Source of the DNA: an uncultured Gammaproteobacteria bacterium
GTDB taxonomy: Bacteria; Patescibacteriota; Microgenomatia; UBA8517
Reading direction: 5' to 3'
Length of the DNA: 64,000 bases
Assembly: GCA_964524515.1 (NCBI GenBank)
Contig: CAZGEA010000004.1
Location: 32,015 to 96,014, forward strand
The translations under genes were made by a program, and so were the position numbers. Of this stretch, positions 29,149 through 38,488 are shown piece after piece. Numbering within the stretch: the first letter of the stretch is position 1; the number at the start of each line of letters is the position of its first letter. Under the pieces are notes generated by a model that had not been told where the DNA came from, ran no database searches, and saw only the letters and a list, made by a program, of their open reading frames with translations.

Positions 29149-29685
29149 TTATTTTTCCCAGATCAAATCTTTAATTTTTTCTTTATTGTTTTCGTGCCTT
29201 GCAAGAGTGAATAGATAATCGGAAAGCCTATTCAAATAACTTAAAACCATTGGATCAACTTTTTTAACTAAGTTAATTTTAACCACTGATCTTTCTGCAC
29301 GACGGGCTATTGATCTTGCAACATGGATGGTGGATGCTAATTGGCCACCACCTGGCAAGATAAACTCGGATAAAACAGGCAAAGACTCATCCATTTGGTC
29401 AATTTGTTTTTCTAAATCCTTAATATCGCTAAATTTTATTCTTAAATCACTACCTGCCAGTTTGGAGCCTATATTTAACAAATTATTTTGGATGGAATTT
29501 AATAATAATTTTTCTTTTTTATCTTTAATTAAACTTCCAATTAAACCGATATATGAATTTAGCTCATCCACATTTCCAATTGCATCAATTAAATCTGAGG
29601 ATTTGGAGATTTCTATTAATTTTTTAGTCTTTGTATTAAAGACTTTTGTGTTTCCTTGATCCCCTGTTTTTGTGTAGATTGGCAT
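29149..29685 (-). CDS. PduO-type ATP:cob(I)alamin adenosyltransferase
   Basis: MPIYTKTGDQGNT N-terminus and the ARSIARRAER helix, 178 aa. Abuts the nrdJ stop. Confidence 0.8.
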   Translation of the reverse strand: MPIYTKTGDQGNTKVFNTKTKKLIEISKSSDLIDAIGNVDELNSYIGLIGSLIKDKKEKLLLNSIQNNLLNIGSKLAGSDLRIKFSDIKDLEKQIDQMDESLPVLSEFILPGGGQLASTIHVARSIARRAERSVVKINLVKKVDPMVLSYLNRLSDYLFTLARHENNKEKIKDLIWEK

Positions 29686-32202
29686 TTAGCATTCTGAGTA
29701 GCCACAGGCGTAGCATTTTTTGCAGCCTTCTTCTAAAACCATAGATGCTTCACCACAGCTTGGGCACAAATCTCTGTGCTTTGAACTGTCATTTAAATGC
29801 AGTTGTTTATCTGGAATGGCAACTGGCAACACTTCTTGAGTTGCAGATTGGATTGCAACTGGTGCCATGGAAATTTCTTCTTTGTATGTTTGGACTAACC
29901 CAAAATGGAGCCCAATTGCTTTTGAGATTGCGTCAGGAAGAGATCTTATTCTATCTTTTCCAAATCCAACTGAGCGGGAGCCCCCAATCCCTGTTAATTG
30001 GTCCACTATATTTTTTGCTCTTTCAATTGCAGGCAAATGATTTCCAAACCTTAAGTTTGTTGAGATTAAACGTCCCAAGGCTTCAGCCATTGCTGCCACA
30101 TCTGTTCCTGCTTTACCGATTGTCACAAATACTTCAAATGGACTTCCACCTTCATCGTTGTTTACTGTGATATAGGCTGCACCCATTGGGGTATCGATTT
30201 TGTATGTTGCACCTTCAACTTTTACTGGACGAGGCTTTATTGCAACTGACTGAACTTCCTGTTTTGGTTCTTCTTTTTTCTCTTCTTTATTATTATTTGT
30301 TCCTAGATTTAAAACTTGTTCACCTTTGCAGCCATCACGGAAAACTGTGATTCCACGGCAGCCTGTCTCCCAAGCTAAGGCATATGCTGCTTTTATATCA
30401 TCAACTGTTGCACTATTTGGAAGATTAATTGTTTTGCTTACTGCATTATCTGTGTGTTTTTGAAAAGCAGCCTGCATTTTGACATGCCATGATGGCTCGA
30501 TTTCATGGGCGGTACCGAAAACACGCCTTACATCTTCTGGAATTTCATCGATATCTCTTACTGTTCCATGATTTGAAACTTTATCCATTAACTCTTTTGA
30601 ATCAAAACCTCGCTTTTTGGCAATTTCTTCAAACATTGGATTAATGAAAGTTAAAGTTCTGTTTTCACTTTTAACGATGTGTTGATATGCAACTGCAAAC
30701 AAAGGTTCAATTCCACCTGATGCGTTTGCCAAAATGCCAATGGTTCCAGTTGGAGCGATTGTTGTGACTGTTGAATTTCTAATTGGTGCGTCATCTTTAT
30801 ATACACTTTGGTCCCAAAGTTTGAAGGCTCCTCGCTCTTTGGCTAACTCTTTGGACATATTATGCCCTTCATCGTTTATGAATTTCATTAATTTTTCTCC
30901 AAGATCCAAGGCATCTTGTGAATCGTATGCAATGCCCAATTCAACTAACATATCTGCCCAACCGCCGACTCCCAAACCAATTCTTCGAATGTTTTTGACA
31001 GTTTCAGCGATTTGAGGAAGAGGAAATGGATTCATTTCAATGACAGAATCGAGCATCCTGACTGCAACGTGGACTGAAAGCTTTAATTTATCCCAATCAA
31101 CTTCTTTTTTGCCATTATTATTTTTTACAAAATAGCCTAAGAAAATTGAACCTAGATTACAAGCATCAAAGGGATACAAAGGCTGCTCACCACAAGGATT
31201 TGTACTTTCCACTTCCCAACCTTTTGCTCGAATTGGATTTGCAGGAGACTCATTTATTCTATCTATGAAAATCATTCCTGGATCACCACTGCGCCACGCA
31301 CTATTTGCTATTTCATCCCAAACCTCTGTTGCCTTTAGTTTTCCTGCAACTTCTTTATTGTGAGGGTTAATTAATTCATACTCTGTATCATTTTTTAACG
31401 CATCCATAAATTTATTAGTAGCTGTCACTGAAATATTGAAGTTTGTAATTGAAACATTATCGTCTTTGCAATGAATGAATTCTTTAACATCTGGGTGGTC
31501 AACACGAAGGATTCCCATGTTTGCTCCACGGCGCATTCCACCTTGTTTAATTTGTTGAGTTGCCTCGTTGTAAACTTTCATAAAAGAAACCGGACCTGAA
31601 GCTACACCCATTGTTGATTTAACACGGGAACCTGCTGGGCGAAGACGCGAGAAAGAAAATCCTGTCCCACCACCTGATTGGTGGACTATTGCCTGGTATT
31701 TAATTCCATCAAAAATACCAGATAGTGAATCTTCAACTGGTAAGACATAGCAGGCACTGTATTGAAGCCCATTCCCTTTTCCTGCATTCATTAATGTTGG
31801 AGAATTTGGCAAGAATTCTCTTTTAATCATTATATTGTAATAGGACTTTGCGTAATCGATTATTTCGTTTCTTGTTTTACCAAATTTAATTTCAGCTGAA
31901 GCTAATTCCCATGCAACGCGCCAACACATTTCACTAACATTTTCAATCACATTTCCATCTTTATCTTTTGTGAAATATCTTTCATTTAAAACTCTAACTG
32001 CTTGTGGGGTCCATTCAACATTTTCTAAACCTTCTGGAAGCTTTGGCCTTGGGCCAACTAACTTTTCAACCAGAATTTTCATTGAAGCGTAATCTAAGTC
32101 TTCCCAGTTAATTTTCTTAGGATCTAAGTGGCCATTTCCATTGCCATTTGATTTTATTTTTTTAACTTTTGATTGATTTTTAAATTCTTGTGTACTTGGC
32201 AT
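29686..32202 (-). CDS. nrdJ: adenosylcobalamin-dependent ribonucleotide reductase (class II)
   Basis: 838 aa with LPNSPTLMNAG, NPCGEQPL (active-site Cys) and TIAPTGT motifs. C-terminal zinc ribbon CPSCG..CKKCYACG. Confidence 0.9.
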   Translation of the reverse strand: MPSTQEFKNQSKVKKIKSNGNGNGHLDPKKINWEDLDYASMKILVEKLVGPRPKLPEGLENVEWTPQAVRVLNERYFTKDKDGNVIENVSEMCWRVAWELASAEIKFGKTRNEIIDYAKSYYNIMIKREFLPNSPTLMNAGKGNGLQYSACYVLPVEDSLSGIFDGIKYQAIVHQSGGGTGFSFSRLRPAGSRVKSTMGVASGPVSFMKVYNEATQQIKQGGMRRGANMGILRVDHPDVKEFIHCKDDNVSITNFNISVTATNKFMDALKNDTEYELINPHNKEVAGKLKATEVWDEIANSAWRSGDPGMIFIDRINESPANPIRAKGWEVESTNPCGEQPLYPFDACNLGSIFLGYFVKNNNGKKEVDWDKLKLSVHVAVRMLDSVIEMNPFPLPQIAETVKNIRRIGLGVGGWADMLVELGIAYDSQDALDLGEKLMKFINDEGHNMSKELAKERGAFKLWDQSVYKDDAPIRNSTVTTIAPTGTIGILANASGGIEPLFAVAYQHIVKSENRTLTFINPMFEEIAKKRGFDSKELMDKVSNHGTVRDIDEIPEDVRRVFGTAHEIEPSWHVKMQAAFQKHTDNAVSKTINLPNSATVDDIKAAYALAWETGCRGITVFRDGCKGEQVLNLGTNNNKEEKKEEPKQEVQSVAIKPRPVKVEGATYKIDTPMGAAYITVNNDEGGSPFEVFVTIGKAGTDVAAMAEALGRLISTNLRFGNHLPAIERAKNIVDQLTGIGGSRSVGFGKDRIRSLPDAISKAIGLHFGLVQTYKEEISMAPVAIQSATQEVLPVAIPDKQLHLNDSSKHRDLCPSCGEASMVLEEGCKKCYACGYSEC

Positions 32203-32223
32203 TTTTTTAAATAAAAATTTTAA

Positions 32224-32670
32224 CTACAATCCTTTTTCTATTGCTTTTTCAAAATCTGTTAAATCTTCAAACTCTAGATAAATACTTGCAAACCTTAGCC
32301 ATGCAACTTTATCTATTTTCTTTAATCTTTTCAATACTGCGCGACCTACTTCTCGAGATGGTATTTCATCTTTTTCTTTTCTCAACATTTCGCGCTCAAC
32401 ATCACGGGCTATTTGGGATACAACATCAAGGGAAACTGGACGCTTTAAAATTGCTCTTCCAATTCCTCTTTTTACTTTTTCAAAATCCCAAGGTTCTCTT
32501 CTTCCACTTTTTTTAACAATCCATAATGCGCGTGCAACTGTCTTTTCGTGAGTTGTAAAACGCTTACCACAATTACTACAGAATCTTCTTCGCCTGACTT
32601 GAGTTCCTTCCTCAATTACCCGCGATTCTAAGACCTCTGTACCGCTTTGTGCACAATATGGACATTTCAT
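32224..32670 (-). CDS. nrdR: transcriptional repressor NrdR
   Basis: MKCPYCAQSGTEVLESR zinc ribbon plus an ATP-cone domain, 148 aa. Confidence 0.9.
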   Translation of the reverse strand: MKCPYCAQSGTEVLESRVIEEGTQVRRRRFCSNCGKRFTTHEKTVARALWIVKKSGRREPWDFEKVKRGIGRAILKRPVSLDVVSQIARDVEREMLRKEKDEIPSREVGRAVLKRLKKIDKVAWLRFASIYLEFEDLTDFEKAIEKGL

Positions 32671-32685
32671 AAATGAAAACTATAA

Positions 32686-32701
32686 ACGCTATATGTAGGG
32701 T
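32686..32701 (-). promoter_or_regulatory. candidate NrdR box 1
   Basis: ACGCTATATGTAGGGT matches the palindromic NrdR-box consensus acaCwAtATaTwGtgt at 13 of 16 positions. It lies 16 nt upstream of the nrdR start. Confidence 0.45.
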
Positions 32702-32714
32702 GCAGAAACATAAT

Positions 32715-32730
32715 GCACCACTAATTGTGG
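32715..32730 (-). promoter_or_regulatory. candidate NrdR box 2 (weaker)
   Basis: GCACCACTAATTGTGG contains the CCAC..GTGG palindrome arms. The centre-to-centre distance from box 1 is 29 nt, slightly shorter than the roughly three helical turns usually described. Confidence 0.3.
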
Positions 32731-32770
32731 AAAATCAACCGGGAAAAAGAAGCGATATTTTGATCTTTTT

Positions 32771-33391
32771 TTAAAAAGGATTTTGGGGAGGCGTGCCGCC
32801 TTTTTCGATAATTTTTGATTTTGCTTTTTCATATTGAGTGAGCATTTCATTTTTAAAAACTATTAATTTAGGGCGTGCATCTTCTGGTGATATATTTATC
32901 ATTTCATCGATTTGTTGGTAATGTGCAAGACTTGCCAAAGCGAGTCTTTGAAATAAACCTGAAACATCCATTTGTGAATCTTGACCTAAACATGCTTGAC
33001 TAATTGCTTCATTGAAATATGCATTTGATTTTTCTAAAGTTTTAACTGCAGGTTCAACTTCATCTTCTTTGAGCATATTTTTTGATGTCATTAATCTTTT
33101 ATCTGATAGAAGAAGTGCGATTTCGGAGCGTTTTGAGTGATTTTTGTTGAGTGATAAAAGAAGCTTGTCTCTAGTTGCTTTAATTGGCCAAAGAATATTA
33201 CCTGGGGCTACATCTCCGGGATATACAAAACTGTAATCTATTTTTTTATTAGTATCTGGAAGAACTACGTTTTGAGATACTGGTCCAGAAAAAACATATC
33301 TTGCTGAGGCTGTTCTAAAAACAGAAATTGTGAATATTGCGAAACCTAAAAATAAACTTAATGTTATCCAGCCTATTTTTACAAAATTCAT
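32771..33391 (-). CDS. membrane-anchored hypothetical protein (helical periplasmic domain)
   Basis: 206 aa with an N-terminal TM helix followed by a helical region. Resembles the many CPR secreted helical proteins. Confidence 0.45.
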   Translation of the reverse strand: MNFVKIGWITLSLFLGFAIFTISVFRTASARYVFSGPVSQNVVLPDTNKKIDYSFVYPGDVAPGNILWPIKATRDKLLLSLNKNHSKRSEIALLLSDKRLMTSKNMLKEDEVEPAVKTLEKSNAYFNEAISQACLGQDSQMDVSGLFQRLALASLAHYQQIDEMINISPEDARPKLIVFKNEMLTQYEKAKSKIIEKGGTPPQNPF

Positions 33392-33460
33392 ATGGTGTGG
33401 CGATACTAATCATAGGAGTAAGTTAAAAACTAGTCAATCTTTCGGGTTATATTTGGGATA

Positions 33461-33955
33461 TTATCCTATTTTGCATTCTCTAACTGAAAAGTCGATTGCT
33501 TCAATTATCATATCAACTTTTGATTTTGCGTCAATTAATGAAATATTGTCTTTATCCCCTGGAAACCAGTGGAATACACCATTTCTGCAAGTTTTCCATG
33601 TTTCCCAAAGGAATTTAGGCAGTTCTTCACCTTGGCAGTAATTTGATATTCGATCGTAAATACTTTCATGCCTTAATTCTTTTTCTAATTCTGGGTTGAG
33701 AGCTCGACCGATGCGGAAACGTTTACCTTCATATTCAACTTTTGAGATAAAACCTAAATCTAGAAACATTTTCTTTAAAAAACCTTCGTAGCCTTTGGCT
33801 GCGGGAAAAACAACAAAGGAATAGTCCGAAAATTTTTCGTCCCAAGAATCAATTTTTTCACAGAGAGTTATTGAGGTTTTTAATAAATTCCGAACATCAT
33901 CTGGGGCATAATTCCACCAAGGTTTTGAAGTTAGATCAATCATAATTTTAATCAT
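33461..33955 (-). CDS. hypothetical protein with HEPN-like RNxxxH motif
   Basis: Contains CRNGVFHW (R-x4-H, specifically RNxxxH) in a predicted helical C-terminal half. The start was chosen at MIKIMIDL to avoid overlapping the divergent PBP gene; the ORF extends to 34006. Confidence 0.45.
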   Translation of the reverse strand: MIKIMIDLTSKPWWNYAPDDVRNLLKTSITLCEKIDSWDEKFSDYSFVVFPAAKGYEGFLKKMFLDLGFISKVEYEGKRFRIGRALNPELEKELRHESIYDRISNYCQGEELPKFLWETWKTCRNGVFHWFPGDKDNISLIDAKSKVDMIIEAIDFSVRECKIG

Positions 33956-33979
33956 ATTATATGTTGTATAATTTAAAAG

Positions 33980-36220
33980 GTGCAAAAAAAGAAAAAGAGA
34001 CTTCAAAAAATACCGAATTCAGGCAGAAAAACATTTATTCAACGATTTAAAATATTGTTTTTCAAAAAGCCAGTAATTCTTTCTTTTGTAGTTATAATTT
34101 TGGCATTGTTTGTTTGGATTTTTTGGGGGCTACCCAACCCTGCCACAATATCTGACAGACAACCCATTTCTACAAAACTACTAGATAGAAATGGGAAGTT
34201 GATTTATGAAATTTTTACTGAGAAAAGGCGTACCCCTATTACCCTTGATCAAATGCCTGATTTCCTTAAAAAGGCAACTATTTCAATTGAAGATAAGGAT
34301 TTTTATAAACACGGTGGATTTTCAATTACTGGAATTGCCAGAGCAGCGTATAAAACGATTTTTAAACAAAATTTGCAAGGCGGATCGACACTTACACAAC
34401 AACTTGTTAAATATAGTTTGTTAACACCTGAGCGCACTTTGATTCGAAAGATTAGAGAATTGGTTTTAACCTTGGTTGTGGAGGCTAGATTTTCAAAAGA
34501 TGAAATATTGACAATGTACTTGAACGAAATTCCATATGGAGGCACAGCTTATGGAATTGAATCAGCAGCACAAGCATATTTTAATAAACATGCAAATGAA
34601 TTAACTTTGTCTGAGGCTTCATATTTAGCAGGATTACCACAGGCGCCGTCAAAGTATTCACCATATGGATCAAACCCTGATTTTGGAAAACAGAGACAAT
34701 TGCAAGTTTTAAAGCGCATGGTTGAAGATGGGTATATTACCCAAGAGGAATCAGACACTGCATTTAAAACAGAGCTTAATTTTATAAAACCAAAAGCGCT
34801 TGAGGCACCACATTTTGCATTATGGATTAAAGAGCAGTTGGCTGAAACATATGGGGATGCCGTAGTTGAAGAAGGTGGACTTAAAGTTACGACTACACTT
34901 GATCTTGATTTACAAAATTATGCACAGGATGTGGTGGCCACTGAAGTTGGAAGATTAATAAAACAAAATGTTGGCAATGGCGCAGCATTAGTTACAATTC
35001 CAAAAACTGGAGAGATATTGGCCATGGTTGGATCGAAAGATTACTTTGCAAAAGATGAAGATGGAAAAGTGAATATAGTATTTGCAAAAAGACAACCTGG
35101 TTCATCGATTAAACCACTAAATTACGCTTTGGCCATTCGTGACGGCAAAATTACAGCATCTTCCCCATTGGTTGATGTACCCACTTGTTTTGGAGTAATG
35201 GGACAGACTCCATATTGCCCTAAAAATTACGATGGAACATTTCATGGAATAGCTCAAACTCGATTTTCACTTGGTAATTCATTAAATATTCCTGCAGTTG
35301 ATGTTTTAGCTTTAAATGGACTGGAGAATTTTATTAATTTTTCAAAAGATATGGGAATTACCACATTTAATACAAATAGTGATTATGGGCTATCTTTAAC
35401 TTTAGGTGGTGGTGAGGTGCGGCCTTATGACATGCTCCAGGCATTTGGAGTATTTGCAAACGGAGGAATTCGTCAAAGCCTTTATGGAATACAGAAAGTT
35501 GAAGATCCAAAAGGGAAAATTTTAGAAGAGAAAAAACCAGAACCATTAACTGGAAGACGAGTATTGGACGAGGGAACTTCATTTATAATTTCTCAAATAC
35601 TTCTTGATAATAATGCACGAACAATGGCATTTGGACCATCTTCCTACTTGAATGTTTCAGGGCACGGTGAGGTATCTGTAAAAACAGGAACAACAAATGA
35701 TAGGCGTGATAATTGGACGATTGGATATAATCCATCAATTGCTGCTTTGGCTTGGGTTGGCAACAATGATTATTCTCCAATGAGTGGAGCCGTATCTGGA
35801 GTATCTGGTGCATCACCAATTTGGAATAGAATAATTAAACGTGCACTGGATAATTCTGAAGCACAGAAGTATGGAGAGACCGCCAAAGGCCATACTTGGC
35901 CCAAACAACCTGAAGCTGTAGTAGGCAAGAATATTTGCGCGACAACTGGAGCTGACCCGGAACAAAACCAAGGACTTGATTGCCCTCAAAGATTTGAATA
36001 TTTTTTGAAGGAATTTTTGCCCACTGCTGTTAAGGGAGGGAGGCAAGATATTCAAATTGATCGATCAACTCAAACGATTGCAAATGGTAAATCGTTACCT
36101 GAAAATGTGGCAACAGAGAATAGACCTGTAATTTTTGATCCACTTGGAACAATGTATTGTATGGATTGTATGCTTCCAACTGAAGCGATTACTATTAAAT
36201 ATCCACTAATTGTAAACTAA
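33980..36220 (+). CDS. bifunctional class A penicillin-binding protein (GT51 transglycosylase + transpeptidase)
   Basis: IEDKDFYKHGGF and GGSTLTQQL (GT51 domain). SSIKP (SxxK), SLN and KTGTT (transpeptidase domain). GTG start at 33980. Confidence 0.85.
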   Translation: MQKKKKRLQKIPNSGRKTFIQRFKILFFKKPVILSFVVIILALFVWIFWGLPNPATISDRQPISTKLLDRNGKLIYEIFTEKRRTPITLDQMPDFLKKATISIEDKDFYKHGGFSITGIARAAYKTIFKQNLQGGSTLTQQLVKYSLLTPERTLIRKIRELVLTLVVEARFSKDEILTMYLNEIPYGGTAYGIESAAQAYFNKHANELTLSEASYLAGLPQAPSKYSPYGSNPDFGKQRQLQVLKRMVEDGYITQEESDTAFKTELNFIKPKALEAPHFALWIKEQLAETYGDAVVEEGGLKVTTTLDLDLQNYAQDVVATEVGRLIKQNVGNGAALVTIPKTGEILAMVGSKDYFAKDEDGKVNIVFAKRQPGSSIKPLNYALAIRDGKITASSPLVDVPTCFGVMGQTPYCPKNYDGTFHGIAQTRFSLGNSLNIPAVDVLALNGLENFINFSKDMGITTFNTNSDYGLSLTLGGGEVRPYDMLQAFGVFANGGIRQSLYGIQKVEDPKGKILEEKKPEPLTGRRVLDEGTSFIISQILLDNNARTMAFGPSSYLNVSGHGEVSVKTGTTNDRRDNWTIGYNPSIAALAWVGNNDYSPMSGAVSGVSGASPIWNRIIKRALDNSEAQKYGETAKGHTWPKQPEAVVGKNICATTGADPEQNQGLDCPQRFEYFLKEFLPTAVKGGRQDIQIDRSTQTIANGKSLPENVATENRPVIFDPLGTMYCMDCMLPTEAITIKYPLIVN

Positions 36221-36280
36221 TTTACTATAATAACTTTTTACCTCTTCAAAGAAAACATAAATAGTATTACTATCTAATGT

Positions 36281-38488
36281 GTGGCAGGCAAGCTCACACA
36301 ATTACTTCTATTCCTAGGTAGGCCTTTTTTTGCCTTAATTTACTATTCCCTATTTTTTGTTTCGTTTGTTTTAACTCATTTTGTTGCAATACTTACTGTA
36401 ATTTTTGTTTTTAGTTTTTTTGTTATTTTTTCTATATCAATATTTTTTGTAGGAATAATTGCAAATTTTGCAAGGTTTTTTAAAAAAAATATAGGATTTG
36501 GAAAAACATTATCACTTGGGTTAATTACATTGTTTTTAGGGATTGGAATTTTTTTGTTTTCCAAAATAACAACCTTTTTAAATAATTTACCTGATCCAAA
36601 ACTTTTGTCTTCTTGGAATAGCCCATTAACTAGTAAAATTTATGACCGAAATGGAATTTTACTTTATTCTTTTTTCAAAAACGAAAACAGAACATATGTT
36701 CCCCTTTCCCAAGTTCCTGTCTATACACGACTTGCTGTAATTGCGGCTGAGGATGCATCTTTTTATAAACACAGTGGTTATTCGATAAGTGGAATTATTA
36801 GATCGGCAATTAAAAATTTGCAGACACATTCGCTTTCTTATGGAGGATCGACAATTACACAGCAACTTCTGAAAAATACACTTTTAACTAATGAGAAAAC
36901 ATGGTCTCGGAAAATTAGAGAGATTGTTTTGGCTATTAATACAGAACGTATTTATTCAAAGGATCAAATTCTTGAAATGTATTTGAACCAAGTTTCTTAT
37001 GGTGGAACTACATATGGAATCGAGGAAGCATCAAAAACTTATTTTAATAAAAAAACATCTGAACTTACACTTTCTGAATCTGCATTTTTGGCTGGACTTC
37101 CTAAATCCCCTTCTACTCTATCTCCTTATACCAATTTACAGGGAGCGATTTCAAGACAGCAGGAAGTACTTAAATTAATGGAGACGAATGGTTTTATAAC
37201 AGCAGATGAATACAGTAGAAGTGTGCAGATTCCAATCGTTATATCCCCTGCAGAGAAAAACATACTCGCACCACACTTTGTAATGTATGTTAGGGATTTG
37301 TTGATTTCAAAGTTTGGAGAGGAAAAACTTTATCGTGGAGGATTAAATATTTATACAACTCTTGATATTAATGTGCAAAATATGGCACAGGAGATTGTTA
37401 AACAAGAACTAAACAAAGTTTCTCAATTGAATGTTACCAATGGGGCAAGCTTGGTTGTAAACCCTAAGACTGGTGAGATTATTGCTATGGTTGGATCAAA
37501 AAACTATGACGATAATTCAATTGACGGAAATGTAAATGTAACAATCAGATTGAGGCCGCCTGGTTCATCAATTAAAATTGTTACTTACTCTTATGCATTA
37601 ACACATGGAATGACTCCGCAAAATATAATTGCTGATATGCCGACTACTTTTAATATTCCCCAAACGAAACCTTATAAACCACAGAATTACGATGGACAAT
37701 ATAGGGGAAATTTAACTTTGAGAAATGCTTTTGCCCAATCTCGAAACATACCTGCAGTTCGTGTGCTTTATCATTTTGGATTAAATAATATCATTCAAAT
37801 GGGGCGAGATATGGGGATTGTTTCATGGCGCAATCCAAGTGATTATGGATTATCACTTACCTTAGGCGGAGCCGATTTAACACTTTTGGAATTAACTCGC
37901 GTTTATTCAACAGTTGCAAATTACGGAAGGCGGCCTGAATTAAATCCATTACTTAAAATAAACACCAGTATTGGCCAGACAATTTATCAGAATCCTTGTG
38001 CTAATTCGGAATTAACATGCAATCAACCTCAAGTGATTGATCCTCGAGCCGCCTTTCAAATTACTGATATTTTAAATGACAATAATGCACGATCTGCTTC
38101 GTTTGGATCAAATTCCGCACTTAATATAAAAAATTATCCACAAATTGCTGTTAAAACTGGAACAAGTAATGATTTGCGGGATAATTTGACCGTTGGTTAT
38201 ACACCAGACCTGGTTGTTGCAGTTTGGGTTGGAAATTCTAATAATTCTCCAATGAAACGTATTGCATCTGGAATTACTGGAGCTGCCCCTATTTGGAGCA
38301 ATATTATGAAAAATTTAATTGAAAAAAATAAAAAAGATATAAAATGGGAAATTCCACAAGGACTAACTCAAATTAATTGTAATGGAAGAAGTGACTGGGT
38401 TTTTTCTGATGCAGCAATGGACAAAGCATGTTCACAAATTGATAGCAATCAAAATTCAGCTAGCGTGATTTTTCAGCCTCAAATATAA
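36281..38488 (+). CDS. second bifunctional class A penicillin-binding protein (paralog)
   Basis: AEDASFYKHSGY, GGSTITQQL, SSIKI, SRN and KTGTS motifs. GTG start and a long multi-TM N-terminus. Confidence 0.85.
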   Translation: MAGKLTQLLLFLGRPFFALIYYSLFFVSFVLTHFVAILTVIFVFSFFVIFSISIFFVGIIANFARFFKKNIGFGKTLSLGLITLFLGIGIFLFSKITTFLNNLPDPKLLSSWNSPLTSKIYDRNGILLYSFFKNENRTYVPLSQVPVYTRLAVIAAEDASFYKHSGYSISGIIRSAIKNLQTHSLSYGGSTITQQLLKNTLLTNEKTWSRKIREIVLAINTERIYSKDQILEMYLNQVSYGGTTYGIEEASKTYFNKKTSELTLSESAFLAGLPKSPSTLSPYTNLQGAISRQQEVLKLMETNGFITADEYSRSVQIPIVISPAEKNILAPHFVMYVRDLLISKFGEEKLYRGGLNIYTTLDINVQNMAQEIVKQELNKVSQLNVTNGASLVVNPKTGEIIAMVGSKNYDDNSIDGNVNVTIRLRPPGSSIKIVTYSYALTHGMTPQNIIADMPTTFNIPQTKPYKPQNYDGQYRGNLTLRNAFAQSRNIPAVRVLYHFGLNNIIQMGRDMGIVSWRNPSDYGLSLTLGGADLTLLELTRVYSTVANYGRRPELNPLLKINTSIGQTIYQNPCANSELTCNQPQVIDPRAAFQITDILNDNNARSASFGSNSALNIKNYPQIAVKTGTSNDLRDNLTVGYTPDLVVAVWVGNSNNSPMKRIASGITGAAPIWSNIMKNLIEKNKKDIKWEIPQGLTQINCNGRSDWVFSDAAMDKACSQIDSNQNSASVIFQPQI

